Assembly: GCA_965207375.1 (NCBI GenBank)
Contig: CBDBMG010000003.1
Coordinates: 672,001-736,000, forward strand
Length of the DNA stretch: 64,000 bases
Reading direction: 5' to 3'
Source of the DNA: Nitrosopumilaceae archaeon
GTDB lineage: Archaea; Thermoproteota; Nitrososphaeria; Nitrososphaerales; Nitrosopumilaceae
The translations under genes and the position numbers were made by a program. Under the pieces are notes generated by a model, which worked only from the letters and a program-made list of their open reading frames with translations, was not told where the DNA came from and searched no databases. Each line of letters opens with the position of its first letter. Position 1 is the first letter of the stretch. Of this stretch, positions 28,058 through 41,551 are shown in pieces.

Positions 28058-28510
28058 ATGGAAGGACTAGCCCGTCTCCAAGCATCCCGAAGAGGATACC
28101 GAGCTCACGTTACCAAAACCTTTGGAAGAATCACGGAGATAACGGACTCTACCGAGCCCATCACCCCTGCGCAGAGGATCTCGCCGAGAACAGCATTGGA
28201 GCAACTGCAACAAAAGAAGGTCAAGTTGGAAGAGGTAGATACGAGGATCGCCGATTCTATACAGGATGCAACGGCATTAGAAGAGGAGATATGCGAAGCC
28301 GAAGAATACAGAACCGTGGTGATGGAAAAGATAGCCTTTCTTCAGGATTTCATCAGCCCACCACGACTACCAAGCCCTACTAGTGAAACTAGTGACACAG
28401 AAACTATATCTTCAAATCATTCAAACGCAGTTACGAACTCCAATGCACATCATGAAGAAACAATTACTTCACCTAGTGTACCACAGCCTCAAGAATTGGA
28501 GACAGAGGGC
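28058..28510 (+). mobile_element. Truncated BEL/Pao Gag N-terminus
   Basis: LQASRRGYRAHVTK...LEEEICEAEEY coiled N-terminus typical of Pao Gag, directly after the PBS. Confidence 0.7.
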
Positions 28511-28514
28511 GTAA

Positions 28515-29090
28515 CACCACACATTAATTAAATTTACTTTTGAATACAACCACACCAAAATTTACGTTCCTAGATATCAACATTTTAAGGGTCCAGATTT
28601 TGAATTAACAAGGAAGCTAGACGTTGAGACACACATAAAACTCACTAACCATCAAGCATACATCCACGCTGACTCACACCATCCCCCAAGTTACTAGTAA
28701 AGGTGTGGCCATCGGAGAGATGAAACGATACCTACGTACAAATTCTAGGGCTGAGTCTTTCTACTCTTTCAAATTCAAACACAAAAGTAACCTTCTCAAA
28801 GAGGATACTCTTCTAATTTCATCAATATATATACTAATAGTATTCAATTCAAGAATAGATCTTTATCCCTTAAACGTAAGCTCAAAACAAACAAAACGAA
28901 GAGATTAGCTTTCATTACAAGATTCACACCTTCAGCAACCAAAGCCATGAAAATTATTAGAAAATTCTGGTCTTCACTTCGGAATATCAAAAGCTTTAAT
29001 CATATTACAATCCCATCTCCTATGCTTACATTTAGAAGCAACAACAATATAAAATCACAGCTTGTTAGAGCAAAAACTCACACCTTCTAG
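28515..29090 (+). mobile_element. Penelope-like retroelement RT C-terminal fragment (frameshifted)
   Basis: Across frames: FTFLDI, ETHIKLTNHQAYIHADSHHP, GEMKRYLRTNS, LLKRGYS and NNIKSQLVRAKL, followed by a stop. Confidence 0.75.
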
Positions 29091-29220
29091 CCAAGAAACT
29101 ACACCCCTCCCATCAATTGAAATGCATATTCAATTTTCTCACCACCACCCCTGACCTTGGAGGGTTCACAAGTTGAGCAACTATTACTATTTGTAATTAT
29201 AAAATTAAAATATCTCGTAA

Positions 29221-30299
29221 TACGTATAGCGCAAAAATCTGGCGGGGTAAAACTTTGGTGAATTAGTAATTACAAAGTATTGGGGAGGAAAACTTTTGGC
29301 GAATTTACAGTACCTTAATGTTTAAACTACAGCGGAAAAATTTGGCGAATCTATTACTGCGCTTAACTAGTCTCGTGATCCACTTTTGATTAATTTTTGC
29401 ATGCGTTATCGCTAGAATAAGCGCCTGTACTGAGAAGACGTTTTTTTCTGCAGAATTCCCCACTGTTGATTGCCAGTGATTAGCGTCAAGCCAACTATAA
29501 CAGGTGAGAAATATTTCAATACCTAATAATATTATTATGGAAGTGGTTATTGAACCGAAAGTCACGTGCGCAATTTTTTCGTAGCTTATATATTTCCAAA
29601 CCGGTTAGAGGTGAGCGTTAGTGCCCAGGCCGGTTTTGCCACGGTTAGTGGCCTGGGTCGGTGCCCAGACCGGCTTTGCCACGGTGTTAGCGGCCTGAGT
29701 CGGTGCCCAGGGTTAGGGTTAGGGATAGGGTTAGTTTTAGTGTTAGCAGTAGCTGTAGGCTGGAGAAAGCACAATTTCACACAGTTGAATAGAATTAAAA
29801 TACATAATTTCAACTATGATCAGTGTGGGGCACCGTAGCTGGAGTGGTAAAGCAATCCGACTGATAATCTGGAGCACCGAGTTCGAGTCCGAGATTGACC
29901 TTTTTCTTTTCAATATAAAACTTTTCTATAAATTTTCTAAGTCCCAAAATAATGCGCACGTGACTTTCGGTTCAATATCCACTGCCTATTATTATAAGGC
30001 ATAAACCATTATAACGCGCACTCATCTTTTATACCGGCGCATTTAATGACGTACTTCTCACCTTTTAGATGATTAACTTAGTTGTAAGTACTACCACTCA
30101 ATCACTGCAACTGGCGAATTGGGCCTCTTATCCACAAGCTGAAAGAATTTCCGACACGCGCTTGAGTCAATTTTTATCGACAACCAAATCAAAAAGATTT
30201 TTATTGAATGGATTTGGCTGGGTAAAATATTGGCGAATAGCGTTCAATTCGACAAATTCGCCAAAGTTTTCCCCCGCCAGAATTTTGCGCTATACGGTA
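29221..30299. mobile_element. pogo/Tc1-type MITE containing a nested MULE MITE
   Basis: TIR cgtatagcgcaaaaatctggcgggg / ccccgccagaattttgcgctatacgg. Confidence 0.8.
29539..29986. mobile_element. MULE-type MITE with internal TTAGGG repeats
   Basis: ~34 bp TIR gg(a/c)agtgg(t/a)tattgaaccgaaagtcacgtgcgca. Perfect 9-bp TSD tattattat. Confidence 0.85.
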
Positions 30300-31172
30300 A
30301 TCAATCTTTTAAATATAATTATATTATATAATATCATGATTACCTCCCATCTTAGCAGGAATCTAACTGTCCCCATGACGACGTATCGCTGCCCATCCAT
30401 CTTCTATGCACGCCACGCCATTACAAACCTCCAACTGTCCTTTATACATTGCGTGATCCCTTCCATTCCCAATTATTGCGCATACATATGCATACATCCA
30501 TAATCTCCTTAAGGCCAAACAATTACCAACCAATCCCATTAGCTGTAAACACTCATCAACTATTTTTTAAAACAACTAACGTTAGCAACCAGCTTTTACA
30601 GAATTGCAAACGCAGTTTCACTGCTAACTTCATTCACCTACCCAGCGCCCCCTCGACAACAAACATTACTCAAATTTAGGTAAATTTTACCGTATCACGT
30701 CACTCTTAACTTCCTAGTTTAACCGACAGAACGATTTAACCAGCTGATAACAATTAAGCCAAGCCCTCAGCCGACATCATTTGCAATAAAGATTGTAGCC
30801 ACGCTATTCGGTAAGTTCTAATTAAAATCCTTAATAGAATATTTATTAACACTTGTAGCTAAATAGTTTTAAGTATTTTCAGTTCCAACACTGCAACCCC
30901 ATTCGTGATAACCTCTCCTACAACAAAATGTAAGCCCTTATAAATACATACGCCTACAATATGCGTAGATAATCGTAGCCATTTCTTCAGGTACTGGATG
31001 CTGGTTATTCCTGGAACCAGAAGCTGAGGAATATAAACTATATGCATTCTCATTAGCTAGATATTTACATTAGGCATGTGCATGAAGATTTATAATATAG
31101 CTACGTATGTATATGATTATTTTTTTAATTATAGGATGATATCATTTTTGTATTTCTGTATAGGTTCAATGT

Positions 31173-31880
31173 ATTCAGTTATACAGAAGATCTGGCAGTT
31201 TGCAACTGGTTGCTAAAATAAATGTTCTAGCTATGTGATATAGTGGCTAGTTTGTAGCATACAATACACACATTGCATTTATATACGTATGTATATAGCT
31301 AGCTAGTTATGTAATCTAATAGCTATAACAGAGATTTTGGCGTGCAATGTGACTGCCAACTTCAAGATTCTACAGGAACAATTTTCCGTTTTTCTGAAAT
31401 GTGGTATAGGAACTATATAGTTATTGATCAATGATCAGAAGTACGTAACTTATGATCTATTGATAGCTATGGAAGAGTCTCAAGTTACATTTATAGTTAC
31501 AGATGATAATAGAAAGGTTTGACTAATGATACATAGCTATATAGATACACAAAATAGAGTATTATACTGACATGTGCATGTTTAGCTACAGCTATACTTA
31601 GTTTAGTGGCTGTATAGCTATACATAGCACCTAGTATTTCTGTAGGTTTGATGTTCTAATATTCAGCTACAGAAGATCAGCTTGCAATTGGTCGCAATAA
31701 AATAGATATTCTAGCTATGCATGTGATAGCTATAATTAGTAGCATATAATGTACGCACTGCAGCTAGCTAGTTACATAACTACATACATAGCTAAGATTT
31801 AACGGGTGAACAGAATAGAGTTTTGGCATGCAAAGAAACTGCTAAAGACTTAGATATAACTTCAAGATTCTACAGGAACA
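31173..31880. repeat. Degenerate direct duplication (~210 bp blocks, period ~490 bp)
   Basis: attcag..tacagaagatc...aacttcaagattctacaggaaca at 31173-31380 and again at 31661-31880. Confidence 0.6.
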
Positions 31881-32360
31881 GATGCATAGCTTTCTAATGA
31901 CTATAGTGTCATTAAAAGTAATTCAGTTTTACTACCAAAATTAAGACATTAGCTAGCTAGCTATTGTGAGTCAATAATTAAAATTAATCGTGTGTATATA
32001 TCAGGCAAAGCACGAGTGCCTGTGTTACAACTATTACATATGGATTCATTATAATAATTATACCACAAAACCAATGGCATTGCCTAGCAACCACACAATA
32101 ACACATGAGTAACTTGTGATTGTAGTAGTCACAGGTAGACACAGGTAAAGACGGGTAGACAGTGCACTAGATAAAGGTAGATTGCACAGACCTGGTATCC
32201 AGATGTTTGAACATGCCCTGATGAAGTATCCTAAAAGTTGGGCAATGGCATGCTGATGATATGCTGCTTTACTTTCTAGTAATACAGCTACCAGATGTAA
32301 ATAGTTATTTAATGCAGCAACATGGGCAATCGGTAATGCTTCTGGATGATACTGAGTCAG

Positions 32361-35300
32361 TCAAACCACTTGATCACTAGAAGCTTCAAACTCAAGATTT
32401 GACATTCTGTCCTCCACTGCAAAGGTAAAATTATAAAGTGCACACAACGTAATCACCATATGGTTAGCTGATGATACTCTAATGTCAGCTCATTCACATT
32501 GCAGCTACGTACCTTCATAATACTTCTCCACTTCTGCAATTTCAGACATGCAAGCCGCAGCTTCTACATTGAGATTTTTTTCAAAATATGATCTTTCTAA
32601 GAATATGATTTTTTCAAAATATAATTTAATAGAAACCAATAAAGTAAATTATCCAGAATTATGAAATTTATATTATTAAAGAAAAAGTCACATACATAGC
32701 TACCTACACTGTAAGTATTATTATATTATAAATTTCAGTCATTAATTTCTTGATGAGCATCATCAAAGTTTACGCTAAACTGGGATTTGCTTGATGTTGA
32801 GGATTTTGATCATAATAACATTGGGGTCATTCGTACTTCTTTCAGATACTTCTTACTTTTCTTTACAGATATTTCTTGCAGGACATTTTCCAATACACCA
32901 ATCCAATCCTTTTTATTACTTGTGGGGTCTACTTCAAAATAGGTCATGATGTCATTATTATGTCCTAATTGTTCTATTGCAAATGCTTCTTTACTGTTAA
33001 AACTTGGAGTTGTTGTGTTTCTCTTCAGTGTGGCATGTAGCACCGTGATGATACTTGGATTACACAATGGTAGGATAGCCTTAACATTTCTTGATGTACC
33101 TCTGTTGAATTCTCTCCTAGAATAACAGCAGATTCTGTTGTCACTGATAACCACCCACTCTTGACTACCGTTGTACCTGACATGAAACAATAATAAATTA
33201 AACATAGAATTAAGAGAAACAAGTATAATCTATATGCATTAGCGACAGGATTATATGCAACTTATTCCATTGCTGTTGTTAAGAATATACATGCAGTATA
33301 GTTTTTATACAGGGGAAATATTGATGGATTTAACACTAATCTGTCAAAACTTATCCTTTCCAGTAGTATAGCTAATACATGTGACCTAAGATTAAAATAC
33401 TGTCTGTCTAGGATTATTTCCCTATCAGATTTCTAAATGAAGTGATCGATCAATATTTTTATTACATCAAAAATTGCATTATATACGTAGTACAATGATG
33501 TTGTGAGGAAGTCAAGACTCATCACTAAGGAACACATAGCAACACCTGTATATTTATTACTATAGCTACGTAACCAGTCTTCTTTTAAGTGTTTTGCTAC
33601 TGCATAGCATACCCATGCACTCTTATCTATTGTATAACTGATTAAATACCATTACAGTGAAATGGACAGCTAATATAGCATAACCTTGGCAGAAAATTCA
33701 CAATGTGCTTCTTATTAAGGCCATGTCCATTCATAATAATAGCAAGTGTCATAAAAAGATGGCATTAGAGCTACTTTAACTGGCTTCATTTCATGTTTGT
33801 TTATAGACTGGGGGTGGATACACACACATACCAATTTCTCAGACAAATGCACTAGGTTTAACCCTTGGCCCCACAGAAAATGATAGAACGCGTAGTCCAA
33901 AATTGCATATTAATTTAGCATTCATGTTCTTGTTGTTAAAAGGCCCAGCAATGGCCTGGTGCCAAGCACACGGGCCATTTATTGTACACAAAACAAATAT
34001 ACCTCTATAAGCATCCATACTTTTGTAATATAAGCTAAACAAGTCTCTGGTTACAAAGCGATTCACTGGTTTTCTATTTTCATCAAAAAAATCTTTGCCT
34101 TTCACATACGGGCTGTCATTTTTTGAAGCAATAACCAATATATCACCAGATGCAGAATCGCATGAGGAACAAAATGGTACAAGACATTTTTTAATAGAAG
34201 CGATGACGGTCAAATTATGGCTGCTTTTTTAAAGGCATGCAGGTGAAAAGGAAGAAGCTTTGTCACTTTGAGCCTTCCTGAGGACGGATGATTTTATTGG
34301 AGCTGTTTGCCAATACGACCGTTCGAATCTGAACTTAAGGGAGAGTAATAACATAATTTCATAGGCCATATAATATTTAAGTTAGCTCGGTTTGTTTGCT
34401 TGCGTGTAGTTAAAAACCAGTATATTGGCTTATATGGGTTATAGTGGGGCGGCATAGCAAATCCATTGTGCAAATTGTGATAAAAGCACCAAATCTGGCA
34501 CACAGGTTGATAATTATATTATGAAACAATTTAGATATTGGGCCATTGTAGGTTTCATCCCATCTCTGAAAGACCACACCCCCTTATCAATATTCCTACC
34601 AATGCTTACAAACTTGCTAAATACAAGATTCAAAATATTCTAAAATGAGTACATTAACTTGAAAAGTAGCTAGCTAGCTGTCTACTTGTAGAGCTATGTA
34701 CATACATTATGTACAATAGTATAATTATACTATTATATGTCAATAATTTTATGAACACTCTCCTTCACATGCACACAGAGATGTACATTTAAGTGCAGCC
34801 TTCTTGGCTGTCTTCTTACCATGACCAACAAAACTGGACACAGTGTCACAACCAGTAAGTGCATGAAACATTGGGAGTGCCAGTGATTTCTCTGGTCCAA
34901 GTCTATTGGCTGTTTTATGAGCTGCTATATACCGGAAATATTTGCTAGTTCCAAATGCTAGCCAGAGTTCATATTCTGAACCTAGACCTTGTGCCACATA
35001 CAATGCTAGTATCACAAAATCTGTATCTACAGTCCAGATCAATATTTTGTGATGACCACAGTGTGATCAGCTTCTTCATGTCTACAAGGAGAGAGTGAGG
35101 CAATATCATGCAGTGGGGGCTTGCTCAGAACTAATTTTCCATCAGTGATAACAAGCTATTTCTCCTCCTGATTGAATGAATCAAACAGCATGAGACAAGA
35201 ATTTGTATAATTCAGTCTTGTTATCCACACGAAGAAAATCTTTCCAATTTCCTGGAATAAGTGCCCCAGCAACTACACGTCTACGTACTCCTTTCCCACA

Positions 35301-38300
35301 TTTTGCTCTGGTTGTACCTTTCAAAGTATCTTCTAAGTACCTGTCCCACACCAGGTCCACACATGATGCATTTTGAAACCGTGAGAAAATGTAAGGAATA
35401 AAGATTTGAGAGGCATATTCAGCAAAATTCTTGATAGCAGTAGGCTTCAGCATTTGGAAAATGACAGCTCCATCAAGTATTACACTATAGCTACTTGCCA
35501 CTGGAGCCTCAGATTGAGTCTCAGAGAGATTTTTCAAGCATATTAGCAGGTTACTTTTGGTACCTAGATAGAAGTTGCCACAATCAGATAGCGCTGGAAG
35601 ATATGCTTGATTTTCATGAGGAAAGAATTCTTCAAGATTTCCATCTCTAGTCTGGCATCCAATGTAAATTCGTGAGAAAAGTTCTACATCAGATTTTGTG
35701 AGGTCAATTGCTATTTACCTTAACCCATATTTGTTTTAGCCGTGTTTTTAAACAACTTTAGCTTGTTGTGATGAATCACATCATCAATTGATTTTGATCG
35801 ATCAACAAGACATTCTTTGGTGAAAGCTCGAAATTGCTCTTGGCCTATCCTTTGCACATTTTGAATTGTCTCTATTGCTGTGCAATCTGCAATCTCCTTG
35901 CTGTCAAGAACTAAAACATCAGTACTTTCTTCTTCAAAGGGATTACCAAGATCTTCCATCACACTGACAAGAGAGCAAACATCTTTAGCAAAATGAAATT
36001 TGGACACTTGGTGCTTGGTCATGATGATTTGTATTAACTTTACTCCCAAAGTGATAGTGATCATCATGAAACTCTTCTATTATCCTAGCAACTTCTGGGC
36101 CTGCTATCATCCAATGTTGGAGAGCATTTGGATTATCAGTTAGGCCAACAGCTCCTCCATCTCCTATGATGTAGCTATTGTTTTGCTCATGTGCTTGATC
36201 AATAGGGATAGCAGAGAACACTCTATTGGTCTTCTGAATAGCGAAATTACCATCACTAAACGTTTTGGCTATCTCTGGGTGTTCAGTTGGAACTTCAGCC
36301 ATGTATTTGAGATAAACAGGAATCCATCGAGCATAATTGGTGTGATCTAGGACAAAGAAACAGGGAGTGAGTTCTGTTAGAGCATCAAGGTACATAGTGA
36401 AAGATGCCTAGCATAAAGAACGTACATAGACTAATACACAGAGTTCTAATTCCATAACAGTCGCCCAGTATTGAAAATGGAGACAGATTTGTGCTCTTTG
36501 ATTACACCATTGTTTAAACTCCAATATCTCTTGTTCACCTTCTATGGATGTTAGACAGTAGTAATCATAAGTGTGATTTTTTTTAAATATATAACGCGGT
36601 AACTGTAACTTGATGGGCTCTTATGATTCAAGTAACGTGTGCTGCTTGCAAAAAGGAGTCAGCTATCCCTGGTGTTGTAACATTAGCTTGCACCAGCGCT
36701 TGCACCCAGCCACTTCCTTTTAACCAGTCCCCGAGAGTCTTCTGGATTTGGTTTGCTTAGGCATATAGAGGCTGATCAAGAGTGACTACTGGTGTCTGCC
36801 CAGGATTCAGATGCTCAATCGCACTCTTGATTACATGCAAGGAGTGCTTGATCGTTGCTACTGTGTGAGCAGATTCAAGAAACAGTGGAAGTAAGGCAGT
36901 TGGACAGATGACATGACTCTGCAGTGGCTGACGACTTGCGTGGTATGCAGCCCAAGATATATTACTAAAAGTCTCATTTTTGCTGTCTAGTACTTCTCTT
37001 GTATACTTAAGCCAGCAGTATTCTTGCTCAGTTTGCTGCTTGTAGCTGCGTATTCCAGTTCAAAGATATGTTACTGGTAGCTGGAACAGATGACTTCTTA
37101 ATGCTTTCATTAACAGGGGGCATATCAGTGTAGAAGTATAGCAAATCATCAACTGATTTACAACTTACATCCTGAGATACTCTCTCAATGACAATATTTT
37201 GATCCACTCCTTCACCATCATATGTGGGATGCTGAAAGAGAGAAATTCCAGTGCCATGAAAAGACTCTTTTGATGTTGTTGAACTAGGGTAAATGGAATT
37301 CTCCATCACCTCTAAAAGTTTGCTAGGCAACTAATTAGCAAACAATAATATGGGAACATACAAGATTACACGAAAACACAACATAACTACATAAAAACAC
37401 AAGATAAGTAACACAAGATAAGTACATGAAAACACAAAATAAGACATATAGAGAAAATCAAAATTAGGACCATTTTAAATGGTTGCTAATGACCCCAGAT
37501 GTAAAAATTATAATGGCCCAATATCCAGATTTGTGTATAATGCATTTTTCAATACATATACCAAATTTCGTGCTTTATCACAAAGTGCACAATTGTCACT
37601 AATTTTTTGCTATGCCGCCCCACTATTAGAGTGTTAAAAACAGAACTGTTTTAATTGCAACTTGATTAACTCATAATTGCAGTGATCAGATTAATAAAGC
37701 AAAATGTTTCTCTAGAGCATAATAAAAGTATTAAAATGCATAGCACATAGCTAGCTATGTACTGTATAGCTATGTGGAAAATTTTGCAAGATGTATATTT
37801 CACAGAAGGCAAGTAGCTATGAAAAGATTTCAAGGTTTATGTTTTGCTGATCTGCAAGTTGAATACATTGTTTCCTTAAGCCACTACTTATTTTTGAGGT
37901 TAATATTTTGTGCTCAGCAAGCTTACAGCGCAATATGATAATTTATATACCTCGAAAATTTTCTCGTAGCTATACAGTATTTAATTGTTCAGACATTATA
38001 ATGGACCTTATTCAAAAGTGTGAAGCTGTTTAAGTTTTCCTCATCATCTATGCTACATGTATGTACATAAACTACATAAAGGCTTGCACATACCATAAAT
38101 TCCATGTGGCTAAAAATTTTTGGCTTAATTGAAGGGTAGGATATAAATACATTATATTATGAATAATGGTAATAGTCTATCACTCGCCTAGTAAGGAATG
38201 AAGCCAGCTATCATTCTTTGAAGGTTTAGTAGATTTTTATAGTAAGGTAGCTATGTAGCACTATAAGTGAGTAGCTATAGCATGCTCTTCTCTACAAACT

Positions 38301-39146
38301 TCACTACACCAAAAATCTGCTTATTCCGTACAAAGTAAAACATCAGTTACAAATCAATAGCAATGTTCATAATGTATCTTACTTCTTCCGTAGGCTTGCT
38401 ATACAAATTATACCACATTCCATAAAATATGAATTTACAGTTTTTGCAAGCCTCTGGTTTAAGTACGCATGTTATTGATGTCACAGAGAACTTAAATGGC
38501 TTCGTGCTTTTGATTAAATACTATGGCAATAAACTTTTTCTAGGACACTTTGTCAGATCAAACTTTACAAAATGTCTAATGACTTGGCTACTATGCTGTT
38601 ACTTACTTTCCTTGATGATAAACTTTCAGCCATCCCTCTTTTCTAATCTGTACATATTCCACTGCTGTATGCTTGTCTTGACTATCAATCTTCAACATTT
38701 TACTGGAGGGCGGTTGTGCAAACATGTGGTCTGCTAGTTCTGCTGGTAGTCCACAGGTGTTGGGCAGATCAGCAGCACACTTGGGATGACATGCAACTTT
38801 ACAATCTGCATAATGAATACATATTTATAAGTGTATAAACAGCTATACATTATATATGTACGTATATAGCTTATAAGGGCTGGTTTTTTCTGCATAACTT
38901 TTAAAAATAGATTACCTTGTTAAGTTATAATCAGTACTTCAAATTATTCTTGAAAACATAGAGTACTAAGTTAAACACATGCTTGAGGATATCTGTGATA
39001 TAATAAGCCAGTTCACCCCTATAGCTGTGTAGTTGTGTGTATGTATAAACTTACATTTACACTTCATACTATTGTGTCCTCTCTTGATGGCAGTCTTACA
39101 AGCAGCACAGTTGAGTGCTTGCATTGACATACATGCACTAGAAAAC
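32361..39146 (-). CDS. Citron/MRCK-like C1-PH domain protein, 3' exons (39146-39055, 38805-38607, 33176-32857, 32596-32513, 32416-32361)
   Basis: The spliced frame reads CAACKTAIKRGHNSMKCKYCKVACHPKCAADLPNTCGLPAELADH (Citron-type C1), then KEGWLKVYHQGKYNGSQEWVV...KKDWIGVLENV (PH), then ...SSDQVV*. All four introns are GT-AG with compatible phases. 5' exons were not located. Confidence 0.7.
34442..37625 (-). mobile_element. AcademX DNA transposon, internally deleted and decayed, inside an intron of the C1-PH gene
   Basis: TIR tagtggggcggcatagcaaa and 3-bp TSD tta. Motifs DHTNYARW, DQAHEQNN, GGAVGLT; XPG-like ILDG...WDRY, EEAD, DTD and FHALTGCDTVSSF.GHGKK; terminal CTSLCAC. Many stops and frameshifts. 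Confidence 0.85.
37760..37979. mobile_element. Degenerate pogo/Tc1-type MITE
   Basis: tactgtatagcta...gaaaattt / aaattttc...tagctatacagta. Confidence 0.6.
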
Positions 39147-40342
39147 CTACAGGAGTAGTGTACATCACTGGTTACATGTACGTAGATTACAACAAGATAA
39201 CTATCAGTTAGCAATCATATTCAATAAGCTGAATAGGGTTACAACATGTATAAGAATAGCCGATTACATTCTGTATCATGTAGCTAGCTATATAGCTATG
39301 TACACTACACCAAAGCATCAGCAATTAGCTAGTCATTAACATAATAATTATGTACCATACAGCAGGGTTACCAAGTGGCTGGTACTTGGGCCTGTGGGGC
39401 AAAAAAACTGAGTCCCAAATTTATACTTATGTAATTACACAGTTTATAATTATGAACTTACAGACCTTATGTACAGCTAGGCACTAATTTAGCCTAACAT
39501 AGTAAAAGGTTGGGTAATTTTCACGAGATACATTTCTTTATCAGTGATCTCCAACTATACAGATGGTAAGTTACTTGTTCTTAATAGATTTCACGCTTGT
39601 TTATTGTATAAACACTAAATTCCTTTTCCGTTGCTAACGTAGAAGCTAACATTTATCCCAGTGTTTACAAGTTATAATTAGTATATAGTGTGCGTACTGC
39701 ATACTAGTATTATTAAAATATAGGAACAAAAATGCTTCATGCCTTTTGGCTTGAAGATCATAGTAGAATCACGACTAGATTATGTGTGTCCAAATAAAAC
39801 TTGCATACTTTCATCAATAAAGATTGGCTTGACAAATGGTCGACCATATAATATCCATGATGATAACATTGTACAGCAGCTAATGGACAGATGACAATTA
39901 ATGTTGATACGCTGTGGCTGCACATAATTGGACACCCAGTATATGTGTATGCCTTTCTAATAATGGCTTCATTGATAGTACACACAAAGTTTGGTGAATT
40001 GCAATCAATTTAGCGAAGTTTTTTGCCAATATTGATGTCATTGTAATTGTCATGACAATGTTCATGCCAATTTGTGTCATAAATGTATAATACAACACTA
40101 CCCTTATGGCTAACATAGAAAAGTTTACATGGAGTACATTATAAGAACATTGAACACAGATTAGTTTTTAATAGCCTCAGGAGTGGATACACATACACTG
40201 ACACACACTCACACTTCATGGACCAAAGAAACCAGGTGCGCGCCAGCCACCATCTGGTATGTGCCTGGTTTAGCAAGATCAAGAGAGACAAGCACCAATA
40301 TAAATGTCATAAACAATTGTGTAAAGCCTACTATTGTTTAAA

Positions 40343-40445
40343 AAAGCCTGCCTGGGCACCGACCCCGGCCGCTAACACCGTGGCAAAGCCTGCCTGGGCA
40401 CCGACCCTGGCCGCTAACACCGTGGCAAAGCCTACCTGGGCACTC
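40343..40445 (-). repeat. 42-bp tandem repeat, relic of the 29539-29986 MITE family
   Basis: aaagcctgcctgggcaccgaccc.ggccgctaacaccgtggc repeated ~2.5 times. The reverse complement matches 29620-29710. Confidence 0.75.
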
Positions 40446-40871
40446 AAACGATTTGTAACGAAAATTTACGGAAAATTAAACGGGGTTGAATCTCTGCGCA
40501 TAACGAGATTGAATAAAATTGACGGGCGGGCGTAATTCGTCACCTGGGCAAACTTCACAGGGGTGAGAAATTATCGCGCACCCAAGCCAGGTGCGTGTGA
40601 GAACAAAACGCATACGGTCACTTCACCAGACCCTTTCTGAGCGGGCGCTTATAATCTCTAATCGATAAGCGCCCTGCGACAAAAGGGTCTGGCTACGCGA
40701 GACTAGACCCTCCTATATAGTTCCTTACCAATTTGGGGCAGTGATACAGTTGCAGATGCAGGCTGTACAGGCCATACCTGAGGCACTTGTACATACTGCA
40801 GCGGCTGCTGCTGCTGCTGCTGTCGTCGTTGTGGTTGTTGTTGTTGTTGTTGCTGCTGCTGCTGTTGCCTA

Positions 40872-41426
40872 TACCGTACGTGGGAAAATTTTGGAGTGGG
40901 AAAAAATTGGCGAATTTGGCGAATTGTGGTCTCTTCGCCAATATTTTACCCGCCAATAATTTCTTTTCGGAAACACAAAATTATTTCAGTAACTGAAATA
41001 CAAAGCACTCTCCTTTTACTATAGCTAAAACGCTTACACAGTAAAACGGACGCTTAATACACCGTTAGCTACTCCTTTTCAACCTTGTTCACAAGACGCT
41101 TCGTTTACTAAGGTCACGCCCATCAACAAAATCGATTCAACACAATGAAACCTGCTGTATAAGCATAGCGAATAGCTATAGAAGTTGGTTAACCAATCAC
41201 AGAGGGTTCAATTTCACAAGAAAACGTGCAAACGCTCAAATTACTGGTTACGCGCTTTTAAGTTAAGCGCCTTCAAACGGCGATTATTATTACTAATTAC
41301 GCGCATCCAAAGTATATTTGTAAACAATTGGCCAACTCAGCTCATTCGCCAATATTTTACCCGCCAATTGGTTCAGGTTAGCCTATTCGCCAATATTTTA
41401 CCCCTCCAAATTTTTCCCACGTACGG
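40872..41426. mobile_element. pogo/Tc1-type MITE
   Basis: TIR ccgtacgtgggaaaattttggag / ctccaaatttttcccacgtacgg, with repeated ttcgccaatattttacc. Confidence 0.8.
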
Positions 41427-41430
41427 GAAA

Positions 41431-41551
41431 GCATGGCATGTCTGTTAAAGATTTCCTCAAAGGAGTCGATTCCTCAAATAAACAAATGGAAGCAAATCTT
41501 TCAATTATGTTTCAATCTGTTAGGGGCACAAAGCAATACTGGTTTCTTAAG
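41431..41551 (+). mobile_element. Helitron/Helentron Rep (Helitron_like_N) coding fragment
   Basis: MEANLSIMFQSVRGTKQYWFL resembles the F..(V/I)RG(T/S)..YW motif that precedes HUH motif I in Helitron Rep proteins. Confidence 0.55.

Noticed and set aside
29708-29735. True telomere or PLE-telomere junction
   Set aside because: Only about four units, internal to a TSD-flanked MITE.
33512-33545. TCAAGACTCA as a fifth family A end
   Set aside because: It lacks the hairpin and GCGAGGCCAA. It belongs to a different repeat that is also at 13866.
33839-34213. 124-aa ORF as an exon of the C1-PH gene
   Set aside because: The PH domain is completed by splicing 38607 directly to 33176, and this ORF has no recognisable domain.
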